DNA from: Octopus sinensis
Lineage: Eukaryota
Direction of reading: 5' to 3'
NCBI RefSeq assembly: GCF_006345805.1
Contig: NC_043006.1
Span: forward strand, 49,290,001-49,354,000
DNA length: 64,000 bases
In this document: in pieces, positions 27,630 through 38,301 of the stretch
Numbering within the stretch: position 1 is the first letter of the stretch
Layout of the letters: each line of letters starts with the position of its first letter
Notes under the pieces: generated by a model
Seen by the model: the letters and a program-made list of their open reading frames with translations, nothing else
Told to the model about the DNA's origin: nothing
Database searches by the model: none
Position numbers and translations under genes: made by a program

Positions 27630-28057
27630 ATCTTTTCGGTTTGAACGGCAATTTTTAAAAATAATTTCCACATAACTAAACACTTTTAAACTTCGTATAC
27701 TGGTAGAATGTGTTTCTAAAACATCTTTTTCTCTTGGCTTTATTGAGAACATTCTATAGTTTGTAAGATATTTGTTGTTTTTTTTCTTTAATTTCTGCAA
27801 TTTCAACCAATCAATGACGTCCGTTGAGGTAAAAAAAATATTCTGTGCCGTATGAATATGTCCCTCGTTTAAGAAACAGATTGGGCTTATTTACATTTGT
27901 GAAGAAAAAAAGAGACCCTTCCCCCCACCCCTAACCCTAACTAACCCTAACCCTAAAACACATTGAAATGCAATAGATCGATACTAGAGTCATAATTATG
28001 GGTGACAATTTCATATGACACCGCTAGAAAAAACTGCCGTTCAAACCGAAAAGATCC
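27628..28057. mobile_element. 430-bp TIR element in a (TA)n tract, with internal CCCTAA repeats
   Basis: TIR GGATCTTTTCGGTTTGAACGGCA[A/G]TTTTT at both ends. CCCTAACCCTAACTAACCCTAACCCTAA at about 27929-27956. Confidence 0.8.
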
Positions 28058-28341
28058 ATATATATGTATATATATATATATATTTATATATTATAAAGGG
28101 TAAAATTAATTAATCAATTTATAATTAATAATCTTACCAAGTAGTTCGGTATGTTAAAAGAGCCATTATCGGTAAACTTATACAAAGATTATTATAATTA
28201 TAAGCATAATTATAATTAGGGCTTAGCAAAATTGCTTCACCACATACCAAAATTTAGAAATAGCAGTTAAATACTATTCTACTACCATAAGATATCTACC
28301 AGACAGCAGTACTCTCAACTCAAAATTTAAAATTATAATAA

Positions 28342-28585
28342 TGGTTAGGACAGCGGACTCGCGGTCGGAGGATTTTGGTTTTGATTCCCAGACCGGGCGT
28401 TCTGTGTATTTATTGAACAAAAATACCTAAAAGTTCCATGAGGCTCCGGCAGGGGGGTGGGGTGGCAACCCCTGTTGTCCCCTCTCTTCCTGTTTCTTGG
28501 GCAACTCTGCGATGGACTGGCATCCCGTCCAGCTGGGGAAAACACATACACCACAGAAACCGGGCCCATGAGTCTGGTTAGGCGA
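28342..28585 (+). mobile_element. SINE with a V-domain-like block
   Basis: Degenerate tRNA head TGGTTAGGACAGCGGACTCGCG and central TGCGATGGACTGGCATCCCGTCCAG, which resembles the V-SINE domain (recalled, not aligned). Confidence 0.55.
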
Positions 28586-28880
28586 CGTTTGTCATTATCA
28601 TCGTCGTTTAACGTCCGTTTTCCGCGCTAGCACGGGTTGGACGGTTTCGACCGGGGTCTGGGGAGCCAGGGGCTGCCCCAGGCTCCAGTCTGGTCTGGCA
28701 GTGTTCCTACAGCTGGATGCCCTTCCTAACGCCAACCACTCCGCGAGTGTAGTGGGTGCTTTTTACGTGCCACCTGCACAGGTGCCAGAGGGGTCTGGCA
28801 TCGGCCACGGTCAGTTGGTGCTTTTTATGTGCCACCTGCACAGAAGCCAGTCGGGGCGGTGCTGGCATCGGCCACCAGGC
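28585..28880 (-). mobile_element. RTE 3' UTR fragment retaining CpGs; similar tails near 0.8-1.0k, 4.9-5.1k, 20.3-20.5k, 29.5-29.8k, 33.4-33.6k, 51.7-52.0k and 58.9-59.2k
   Basis: Homologous to 55420-55700. Confidence 0.75.
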
Positions 28881-29805
28881 GTGATTGTGTAGTAAGAAGC
28901 CTGCTTCCATAGGCGCAGGTGTGGCTGTGTGGTAAGAAGCTTGCTTTGCAACCACATGGCTCTGGGTTCAGTGTCTTCGACTTAGCCTTGGGCTGACCAA
29001 AGCGTTGTAAGTGGACTTAGTAGACGGAAACTGAAAGAAGCCCGTCGTATATATGAGTATATATGTGTGTGTGTGTGTGTGTCTTTGTGTCTGTTTGTCA
29101 CCATCTCATAGAATAACTTCACTTACAGGAAGGTATTTCCTATCAATTGCACCTTCACGTTTGCTCGTCACTTTCTACATTCAACTCTTTCTCCACCTCC
29201 AACCGATGCCACTCTCCCCTCCCACACTTATGAACCAACATGCTTCTCCTCTGCCCTTGATCCTCTGTCCATATCCTCTCTTATGCTCATCTTCAAGTAC
29301 CTTCAGGGTTTGCTCCTGCTCCCCATCACTGCCATCTTATCATCTCAGCTACACCCTACCACCCTTATAAAATGCAGGATATTTTCTCTATAGCATGATA
29401 CCTGCACTTGTCCCTCTATCATACTTTAGCCTCTCAACACCTGGCATAAAGTCACCTCCCTCTCTCAAATACTCCTCTTTTCTTAGTCAAGGGTTTTTCT
29501 TCTTTTCCCTTTTCCTGCTTTTTTTCCTGTCTTGCAAGTTACTTGGTGGCCCCACTCTTGCCAGTGGCATGAAAGAATCCCCCAGTGCCACAATGTAAAG
29601 TGGTTGGCTTTAAGAAAGGCATCCTGATATTAAAACCATGCCAAAGCTGACACTAGAGCTCAGTACATCCCTGCAGCTCACCATAGCGTGTCCAACTGTC
29701 CAATCCATGCCAGCATGGAAAATGGATGTTAAATGATGATGGTGATTATGATGATGATGATGCTGATGATAAGAGAGAGAAAGAAAGAGAAGACTTCTGT
29801 TAGTA

Positions 29806-29839
<34 letters not shown>

Positions 29840-29850
<11 letters not shown>

Positions 29851-30216
29851 GGCAGTTTGTCTGTGTGTGTTTCTGTGTGTCTGTTTGGTTGTACCCTCAC
29901 CCTGACCATGGCTTTCAACCGATTCTGATGAAACTTGACACACACATAGCCCAATGTCATAATTCAAAACTAACGCAGCGAAAATTTTGAAAAGTTCCCC
30001 CAGTTCTGAAAAAAATCGATAAATTCGACATGGGGTCGAGAATCAGAAACACAAACCACAGACTGTCTAGGGGACGCAACTCGACCTTTTTAACTCTCAA
30101 AAAAAATTTACCATAATTTTTTTTCCAGTTTTTTCTATTTTTTGGCTATAACTCCCTAAAAATGCTTTATAGTTATTTCCCTTACAAACCCGAGCAACGC
30201 CGGGCGATACTGCTAG
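29840..30216 (+). mobile_element. Non-autonomous Helitron-like element
   Basis: 3' hairpin CCCG-AGCAACGC-CGGG followed by CTAG|T. The 5' end is blurred by (TA)n. Confidence 0.7.
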
Positions 30217-30248
30217 TATATATATATACACATTTATATAGTTGCAAT

Positions 30249-30612
30249 TCTTTTATTTGTTTCAGTCATTTGACTGTGGCCATGCTGGAGCACCACCTTT
30301 AGTCGAGCAAATCGACCCTAGGGCTTATTCTTTGTAAGCCCAGTACTTATTTTATCAGTCTCTCTTGCCGAACCACTGAGTGACGGGGGCGTAAACACAC
30401 CACCATTGGCTGTCAAGCGATGTTGCAGAGACAAACACACACACATATACGACGGGTTTCTTTCAGTTTCCGTCTATCAAATCCACTCAGAAAGCTTTGG
30501 TCGGCCTGAGGCTATAGTAGAAGACACTTAGCCAAAGTGTCACGCAGTGGGACTGAACCTGGAACCATGTGACTGGTAAGCAAGCTACTTACCACACAAC
30601 CACTCCTGCGCC
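30249..30612 (-). mobile_element. SINE family A
   Basis: Reverse complement of 7444-7862. Confidence 0.88.
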
Positions 30613-31398
30613 ATTTGATAATCTCAACCAGAGAGTTGCTCTTTATTTGAGCTACAGATAAATTTCAGTTAGTCAAGACAAACAAAACAGGTACACAAGT
30701 ATATACATGTCAAATGAATGGCTCGCATATAAATGAACTACTCCAGTAAATTATAACTAAGGCATGTTGAAAAGTGCTTTGCATAGTTTACCTATCAATA
30801 AATACAATTTTTCTTAATAACTGGCAAAACATCATCTAAGAATGAGTATTGAAACAGTTAATTATTCTCTTTCTTTGAATGTTAAAGCAGAACAGGTGTG
30901 ATGAATTATCTCACGTTAGTGGTTTATCTAACATTCTTCTAATGGCATTTCGTATTACGGAAGACTAAAACTGTAAACAGTGAGATATCTGGCTATTATT
31001 AGCAAGTAACCATATCCTATTACATAGTGCTATTTACTCAATCAGCTATGGTGGTGTGAGTTTCCATCAGAGAAGTATAAACAAGAAAAACGTGGTTTAA
31101 TCATTAAGAAGGTATCAAGGTTGTGGCATTTTGGCATTTTAGCATTTTAGGACCAGAACTGAAACTTCTGATGTTATTAGCCTTCCACAAAACAAGATAA
31201 GCATTATTAGAAATAAACTGGTTTCAACAGAAATTTACACATTGACTTGTTTTGAGAATAAAAGTCTAATAACATATTCATAGAGAAACAATTATAATTA
31301 CATTGATAATAGCAGCATTATGCACCACTGCCCATTCTTACATACTTGATATACAACTGTGGTGGTAGTAATTGTACAGATATTATAAATTTTACTAA

Positions 31399-32090
31399 GG
31401 CACAGGAGTGGCTATGTGGTAAGTAGCTTGCTTACTAACCACATGGTTCCGGGTTCAGTCACACTGCATGGGCACTTTGGGCAAGTGTCTTCTACTATAG
31501 CCTTGAATCAACCAAATCCTTGTGAATGGATTTAGTAGACGGAAACTAAAAGAAGTCGATCATATATCTAGAAGACCCAAAGAGTGGCAGGTAATGCTAA
31601 GTAAGTGCTATGGACAGACTGTGATTAAACTCTTGGTTTGATAATGATTTGAGTGAGGAGTCTAATGTGGGTCTTGTATTAGCATGCATATATATATATT
31701 AGACAAAATGAGATAACAAAGCCAAGTCTGTGAGGAGTTTTCAGGACATTTATAAGAAAAAAGATAAAGATATAGTCTATAGACTATATCTTTTTCTTTA
31801 TAAATGTTCTGAAAACTCCTCACAACCTTGGGTTTGTTATCTCATTTTGTCTAATATTTATTTATATATATATATATATGTTTGTGTCTGTGTTTATCCC
31901 CCCACCATCGCTTGACAACTGATGTTGGTGTGTTTACATCCCTGTAACTTAGTGGTTCAGCAAAAGAGGCCGATAGAATAAGTACAAGGCTTACAAAGAA
32001 TAAGTCCCGAGGTCGATTTGTTCGACTAAAGGCAGTGCTCCAGCATGGCTGCAGTCAAATGACTGAAACAAATAAAAGAATAAAAGAACA
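31399..32090 (+). mobile_element. SINE family A, split by insertions in its central microsatellite
   Basis: Head at 31399-31560 and tail at 31870-32090, with unrelated sequence and the foldback between them. Confidence 0.85.
31696..31857. repeat. Imperfect foldback palindrome (arms of 84 and 78 bp, no spacer) inside the microsatellite of a SINE
   Basis: Centre GATATAGTCTA|TAGACTATATC. Arms ATATTAGACAAAATGAGATAAC... / ...GTTATCTCATTTTGTCTAATAT. Confidence 0.9.
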
Positions 32091-33059
32091 AGGTGTAAGA
32101 TTTGCAATAATATTTGTGTGGGATTGTTATATAACCTTGTTTTGAGAAATAGTTTGATAAGAATATTTCTTGTGCAGAAAATGTTAGTATTCCATCATCT
32201 GTTATACACAGCCACAGGGAAAGCTGCCAAACTTTATTGTTGTCTATGGCATTGCTTTTTGCTATTCGAATGCCCTTCTTATCACCAACCACTTTACACA
32301 CTGAATGGAGCATCATTGATTCTAGAGAGCTTGTTTTGTGGCTTACCCTGTCCCAATTTTTAGCCTATATTCTCATAAATAGCTTCCTGCCCTGCAACTT
32401 AGATATCTAAATACCTTCCGTTTGTTCTTTCATATCTTTTTTATTATGGTTTTTACAGGTGGATGTGATCAACCTGTCAGTGTACCAATAAAATTCCTAA
32501 ATTTCTTTCTTTTTTTTTTTCTTTTTTGGTAGCTGTCTCTAATCAGATAAAGTTTCTTTTTTGTATTCCCCCTCGATACACCCACTCACACACACACACA
32601 CCTAAAAGATAGCGACTTTCCTTCCATGCCTGATTATCATTCCAGTTTTAGTCACTTAGGTTATTGGTTCAAATTCTCTGTTGGGATATTAACTCAATTG
32701 AAAAATTGAAGCAGCAAGTTTGGGTATACATTAGTTTTTAAAAATTTGGATTTTATGTCTTATATACATACATGCATATATCATCATCATCATAATTTTA
32801 ATGACCAATTCACCATACTTGCATGGATCAGATGGAGTTTATTGAGGCAGATTTTTTATAGCTAGATGCCCTTCCTGTCACCAACCCTCACTTGTTTCCA
32901 AGCAAGGTAATATTTCCCTAAGAGCAGACATGTTTCCAAGAGGGCTATAGTAGAAGGGGACATGTAGTAGGATTGAACCCAAAACCATGTGGTTGGGAAG
33001 CAAACTTCTTAATCACACCTGCACTTCCAACCATGCCTCTATGTGTGTGTGTGTGTGTG

Positions 33060-33290
33060 TGTATAAGAGAGAGAGAGACTGGAGGAGAGAGCGTGCTTTT
33101 TCGAGGGTACTTCATCAAGTGCAGTTACGGGGAAATAAATTAACAGAACAATGGTCTTCTCGCAAACCATCATTGTCCACATTGTAATTTCTCGGCTAGA
33201 TCACATGCGGGTTTAATAAGTCATGCTCATATCCATATTGCTTTTGGTGGCCTAAGGACTCACATCAGGAGTCACCAGGTGAAATTATTG
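33060..33290 (+). mobile_element. Probable LINE ORF2 C-terminal remnant with a single C2H2 finger (CPHCNFSARSHAGLISHAHIH, 33174-33236)
   Basis: Exact CX2CX12HX3H spacing with an in-frame stop just upstream and no TGEKP linker. Resembles the C..C....S..GL.SH.R.H end of RTE ORF2. Confidence 0.5.
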
Positions 33291-33978
33291 AATTATAAAC
33301 ATTGGTGAATGGTAGTAATGGTAATGTGTATTGTTGATTGTCTATTTAGTTGGATTATTTTTTTTTTTTGCTTTCTTGCTGAATATGCATATGTCATCTT
33401 CGGTGCAAGAGTCTGCCGGTGGCATGTAAAACGCACCCACTACACTCTTGGAGTGGTTGTCATTAGGAAGGGCATCCAGCTGAAGAAATTTGGAAGATCA
33501 CATTGGAGTTTGGTGCAATCTACTAGCTTGCCAGTCCTCAGTCAAACTGTTTAACCCATGCCAGCATGGAAAGCTGACATTAAACAATAACGATGATGAT
33601 GATGATATATATATATATATATATATATACATACACACACACACACACATCTGATAGAATAGCCTTAACAGAATGTACTCCAAATATTTACAGTAAATTG
33701 TAATATAATGAGACATTTTGATAACCTGTTGGGATCCTAAAATCTCTATATTGCAAAGCTAAATACATTTTATTATGAACTGAATCAGTAAGGCAGTGAG
33801 CTGGCTGAATCATTAGCACATGAGACAAATTACTTAGCAGTATTTAGTTCATCTTCATGTTTGGAGTTCAAATTCTGCTAAAGTCAGCTTTACCTTTCAT
33901 CCTTTCAGGGTCGATAAAAAGAGTACTCATCTCATAATTTGAAGAGCCACCTGAACTTCAGGCTCTCACTGATCATTA

Positions 33979-33979
<1 letters not shown>

Positions 33980-34021
<42 letters not shown>

Positions 34022-34026
34022 ATCTA

Positions 34027-34106
<80 letters not shown>
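33980..34106. repeat. (CT)n microsatellite
   Basis: Direct inspection. Confidence 0.95.
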
Positions 34107-34108
<2 letters not shown>

Positions 34109-35155
34109 ATAGGTGAGTAACCATGAAGTCCCTCTACAAGAAACTATTTGCCTGTTTGCCCACCCACCTCCTTTCCGTACTCTATACCTTCATCTCCTCT
34201 CTTAAATGGGGCTGATATAATCAACTTATCCTCTCCCCCAAACTTGCTGGCCTTGTGCCAAAATTTGAAGTTAATACATCCTAATTTAGTTCTGAGTTCA
34301 AATGCCATTGGGGTTGACTTTGCCTTTCATCCTTTTGGGGTTGATAAAATAAGTACCAGTTGAATTTACCTCCTCCCCTGAAATCACTGGCCTTGTGCCG
34401 AAGTTTGGAACCAATATGTACTGAATTAGTAGAATTGTTAAAATGTAAGACAAAACACCATGCTCCATTCATTTTACATGTTAAGGTTATGAGTTCAAAT
34501 CTTGTGAACAGAAGTTTTGCCTGTCTTCCTTCAGGGACACAGTGAGGGTTTAATAAAATTAAGTAGTGAAGTATTGACTCAATTTAATCAACAGTATCAT
34601 GCCCCAAAATGAGCAACCCATGTGCTAGTATCAGAAATCAATGTCTAGACTATTGATCAAGCTGTTTGTTACCATTACTCATTGATATCTTTTCTTAGTT
34701 AATTCCCATCTTATGCTGGAGAAAAATAATATTTTAAATGCTGGTGTGATACAAAAATCCATCTATGATCTTATTTGAAACATTATCTCTTATTATAAAA
34801 GGCAGATTTTATCTGCCTCCCTTTGGGAGTTATACAAATCTACAATATAGGATTTCTTCAATTACAATTTACCTAGCATTTTTGAGAGTACAACGCATCG
34901 CGTCATGCCAGGTCCAGTTTTTAAAATTTAAACTCCAATTAAGCAAAATTTACAGAAAACTCACATTCTGGTGTGTGTGTCAAATGCTTTTCTTAGTCTG
35001 GTTTACACCACACGCAAACGCACACACACAGTGGGCAACGAATAAAATGAAAGTAATTGACTTACTGTAGTGAGTGATTCTTTCACTCTGCCTCCCACTT
35101 CCTATTTCAACACATAGACACGCAAATATATAAATAAAATTGTAAGCTAACGTGC

Positions 35156-35190
<35 letters not shown>

Positions 35191-35772
35191 TGCGCGCGTG
35201 TGTGTGTGTGTGTGCGTGTGCGTGAGTGTGTGACAGGAAAGTTTTTTTACGACGAATATAACACCTATATCCAAGTAGCAGAAAGATAAGACAGTAAGGT
35301 GTGATTTGAGGGAGATTTGGCTGCTATTTCTACCATGTTTAGCTGCCATGTAGGGGTCTCCCTCATAGGCTCATACATACATATATACATAGATAAGACA
35401 GTAAGGTGTGATTTGGGGGAAATTTTGCTGCTATTTCTACCAGGTCTAGCTACCATGTAGAGGTCCCCCTCAATTCTTTTATTCTTCTGCTTTTTCCAGC
35501 CATTGCTCTGTGGCCATGCTGGGGCAATGCCTTGAAGAATTGTAGTTTAATGAATCAACTCCAGTTTTATTTTTGTAAGCATTGTACTTATTCTATCTGT
35601 TTCCTTTGTCAAACCACTAGGTGACAGGGATGTAAACAAACCACATTCGTTGTCAAGCAGTGGTGGAGGACAATCACAAGCACAGACACGCACACACACA
35701 CACATACATGCATACACATATACACACATACATACATACATACATATATATATATATGTGTGTATATATATA

Positions 35773-36031
35773 TTGCAGCGTGGAAGGTGTTTGTAAGCCA
35801 TTTAAGAAACACACAAAAACCGTTACATTCACTTCAACATTTAAATTTAATTTGCCAAAATATTTTCGTCGCTTTCAGACCGCGACCTGTTCACTGACAA
35901 AAATATCGTGCTAACAGGTCGCGGTCTCAAAGCGACGAAAATATTTTGACAAATTTAATTTAAATGTTGAAGTGAATCTAACGGTTTTTGTGTGTTTCTT
36001 AAATGGCTTATAAACACCTTCAACGCTGCAA
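35773..36031. repeat. Long inverted repeat (119-bp arms, 21-nt spacer, about 6 mismatches); probable Penelope-like element terminus
   Basis: Arms 35773-35891 and 35913-36031 compared by hand. The PLE assignment is inferred from the hammerhead-like motif. Confidence 0.9.
35851..35901 (-). ncRNA. Candidate minimal type I hammerhead ribozyme with a G3-C8 core swap
   Basis: Minus strand reads UUUGUCA-GUGAACA-G-GUCGC(GGUCUGAAA)GCGAC-GAAA-AUAU-U-U-UGGCAAA. Stem I 7 bp (one G-U), stem II 5 bp, palindromic AAUAUU stem III. Folded by hand only. Confidence 0.5.
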
Positions 36032-36195
36032 CTGTTTTCGTTCCAGCACACGATCTCAGATCAAGTCACTTGCTATGCAAGTACATCTCTGTAACTATAT
36101 ATATATTTATATATATATATATATATGTATATTGGTAAAAACAGTAAGATAACAAAAGAAAGAAAGAGACCTCAATATTATGTAAATAGAGGAAA

Positions 36196-36588
36196 TCTTT
36201 ATATATAAAAGTGAGGTTGTGTGTCTGTCTCCTACGATTTAGATTCCTAACTACTCCCACATTTTGCGGTGCAGTTTAACCAAAACCGGGTATCTTATAG
36301 TCGTGATTCATATCGAGACCGTCTGGGTATTAGCGCACGTCTACGATGAGTCTACGATTTAAAAAAATTTACCATCAATTTTTCCCATTTTTAATCCATT
36401 TTTGACATATATAAGGGAAGTAACTCTCTAAAATTTATTATTAAATCTCAGAACGTAAAAAGCTACAGTAACACCCCTCCCCCTTTGTGGTTAGCCATAT
36501 TGAGATGGCTATTATACTTTACATCTCTAAAAATGCTTATATAATTATTTCCCTTACAAACCCGAGCAACGCCGGGCGATACTGCTAG
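36196..36588 (+). mobile_element. Non-autonomous Helitron-like element, 393 bp
   Basis: A|TC ... CCCG-hairpin-CGGG ... CTAG|T, the canonical Helitron termini. No TSD. Confidence 0.8.
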
Positions 36589-36612
36589 TATATATATATA
36601 AAACATATATAC

Positions 36613-36665
<53 letters not shown>

Positions 36666-36737
36666 TATATACATACATAAATATATATAGATATATACAT
36701 GGATACATATATATATGCTTGTATATGTGTATATATA

Positions 36738-36895
36738 CTTTATTTTAAGCAGCAGAAAATTCAACAAAATCTGTTGCTCTGAGTTTCTCGTTGCCGTTCA
36801 TCAGACAGTTTTTGCTAGCAAAAACTGTCTGATGAACGGCAACGAGAAACTCAGAGCAACAGATTTTGTTGAATTTTCTGCTGCTTAAAATAAAG
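36738..36895. repeat. Perfect 158-bp palindrome (79-bp arms, no spacer)
   Basis: Centre TTTTTGCT|AGCAAAAA. Arms checked base by base with no mismatch. Confidence 0.95.
36817..36870 (+). ncRNA. Candidate degenerate type I hammerhead ribozyme (mirror copy on the minus strand at 36763-36816)
   Basis: CAAAAACUGU-CUGAUGA-ACG(GCAA)CGA-GAAA-CUCAGAG-C-A-ACAGAUUUUG. Stem I pairs 9/10 and the canonical core is present, but stem II is weak and C replaces U16.1. Confidence 0.45.
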
Positions 36896-37982
36896 CATAT
36901 TACTCTACCACTGTTATTTGAGTACTCTTTTTTCCACCTTGTTTCACATTTATGTGTTTACTCCGGTATGTGTATATATATATATATATATTACATGTAG
37001 TCCATTGCATTTTGAGGGTTAGTTCGAAGTTGTGTTTTTGATATTTGATAAAGATGGGGGTGGGGGTGGGGGTGACAAAAAAACTAATAAAACTACACAA
37101 ACTTAGAATCCCTATTTTTCTGAAAAAAAAAATAAAAGAAAACTCAGACATCCTTTAAAATATTTAAGAAGTAAAAAAAAAAAAAAATCATGATTTTCAG
37201 AATATGTTTCTGATTCAGCCACAGACAGTGCCAGCTGTTGTTTATGTCAGTGCCCTGTGCAACATATTGACTAAGTTATGCTGTCTCTGAGTAATTTATG
37301 CTATAAAATATCATAATTTTCTATACCATGTAATAATGTACAATATTTTATCACTTATTTAGTGGTTTTCTCATTACAAGTTCAGCAAGTATAGTGAAAT
37401 CTATTTCACTGCAGAGATCTATAAAACTGAAACATGATTAGAGTTGTCTCCCATACTTACTGGAATAATTTCCCCAATGACTAATACTATCTTTTCCTCA
37501 CTGCGTTATGATGTTTTTATTAGCATTTTAATACTATTGCATTACTTACAGGTAACTCCTGAAGTTTACCCAATCACATGTCATCTCCCATTTGTCCTCC
37601 CTGTAAACTGTATCAGTGTTACTATCCTGTTGCTCCCCCCCACTCTCTTATGCACTCCTTTACCTTCCTCAACTCATGGATCATTGATTATCCATCACTC
37701 CCTACATTCACCTTTTAGTCTCACACAGTCTTTAATCCTTTAACATTCAGATTACCCTGTCAAATGTAATACTTATTCATTTACATTGTTTTGAATTAAT
37801 CAAATGTTATCCCAAAGCTTTGAGAGTTTGATGATCTGATTGTTTGGTTGGCCTGGGGATTTGGTAGAAGTCATTTGCCCAAGGTGCTGCATAGTGGAAC
37901 TGAACCCAAGATCACATGGTTGGGAAGCAAGCAGCTTAACCACACAACCATATCTGCACCTATGTATGCTACCGATCATTTA

Positions 37983-38237
37983 TTAGGTTGTCCGGAAAGT
38001 TCATGCCGATTTTTAAAGGAAAGAAAAAGGTCAATAAATACTTGCCATTATATTTTTAATCAACCAGATATGAACCATTTTGTTGCACAGTGCGTCTCCA
38101 TCTTTCCTTTAACTTGAAAATACCCTCTTCCCAAAATTGAGGTGGTTTCATGGCAAAGAATTCATCAAGCTATCTTTTTACATCATCCAAGGAATTGAAA
38201 TTTTTACCATTAAGACTATTCTGCAGAGATCTGAATA
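37983..38237 (-). mobile_element. Truncated mariner copy (right end only, inverted)
   Basis: TA followed by TIR TTAGGTTGTCCGGAAAGTTCATGCCGATTTT, then the reverse complement of the transposase 3' end. Confidence 0.85.
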
Positions 38238-38301
38238 CAGAATGATGTGGTTGGGACACAAACTTCTTAACCACACAGCCATGCTTGCGCCTACATATGC
38301 T

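Noticed and set aside
27929-27956. True interstitial telomere or chromosome fusion scar
   Set aside because: Only four units, and internal to a TIR element.
35283-35465. Roughly 75-bp direct repeat pair
   Set aside because: Two diverged pieces of a common dispersed repeat with no spacer array, so not CRISPR-like or otherwise informative.
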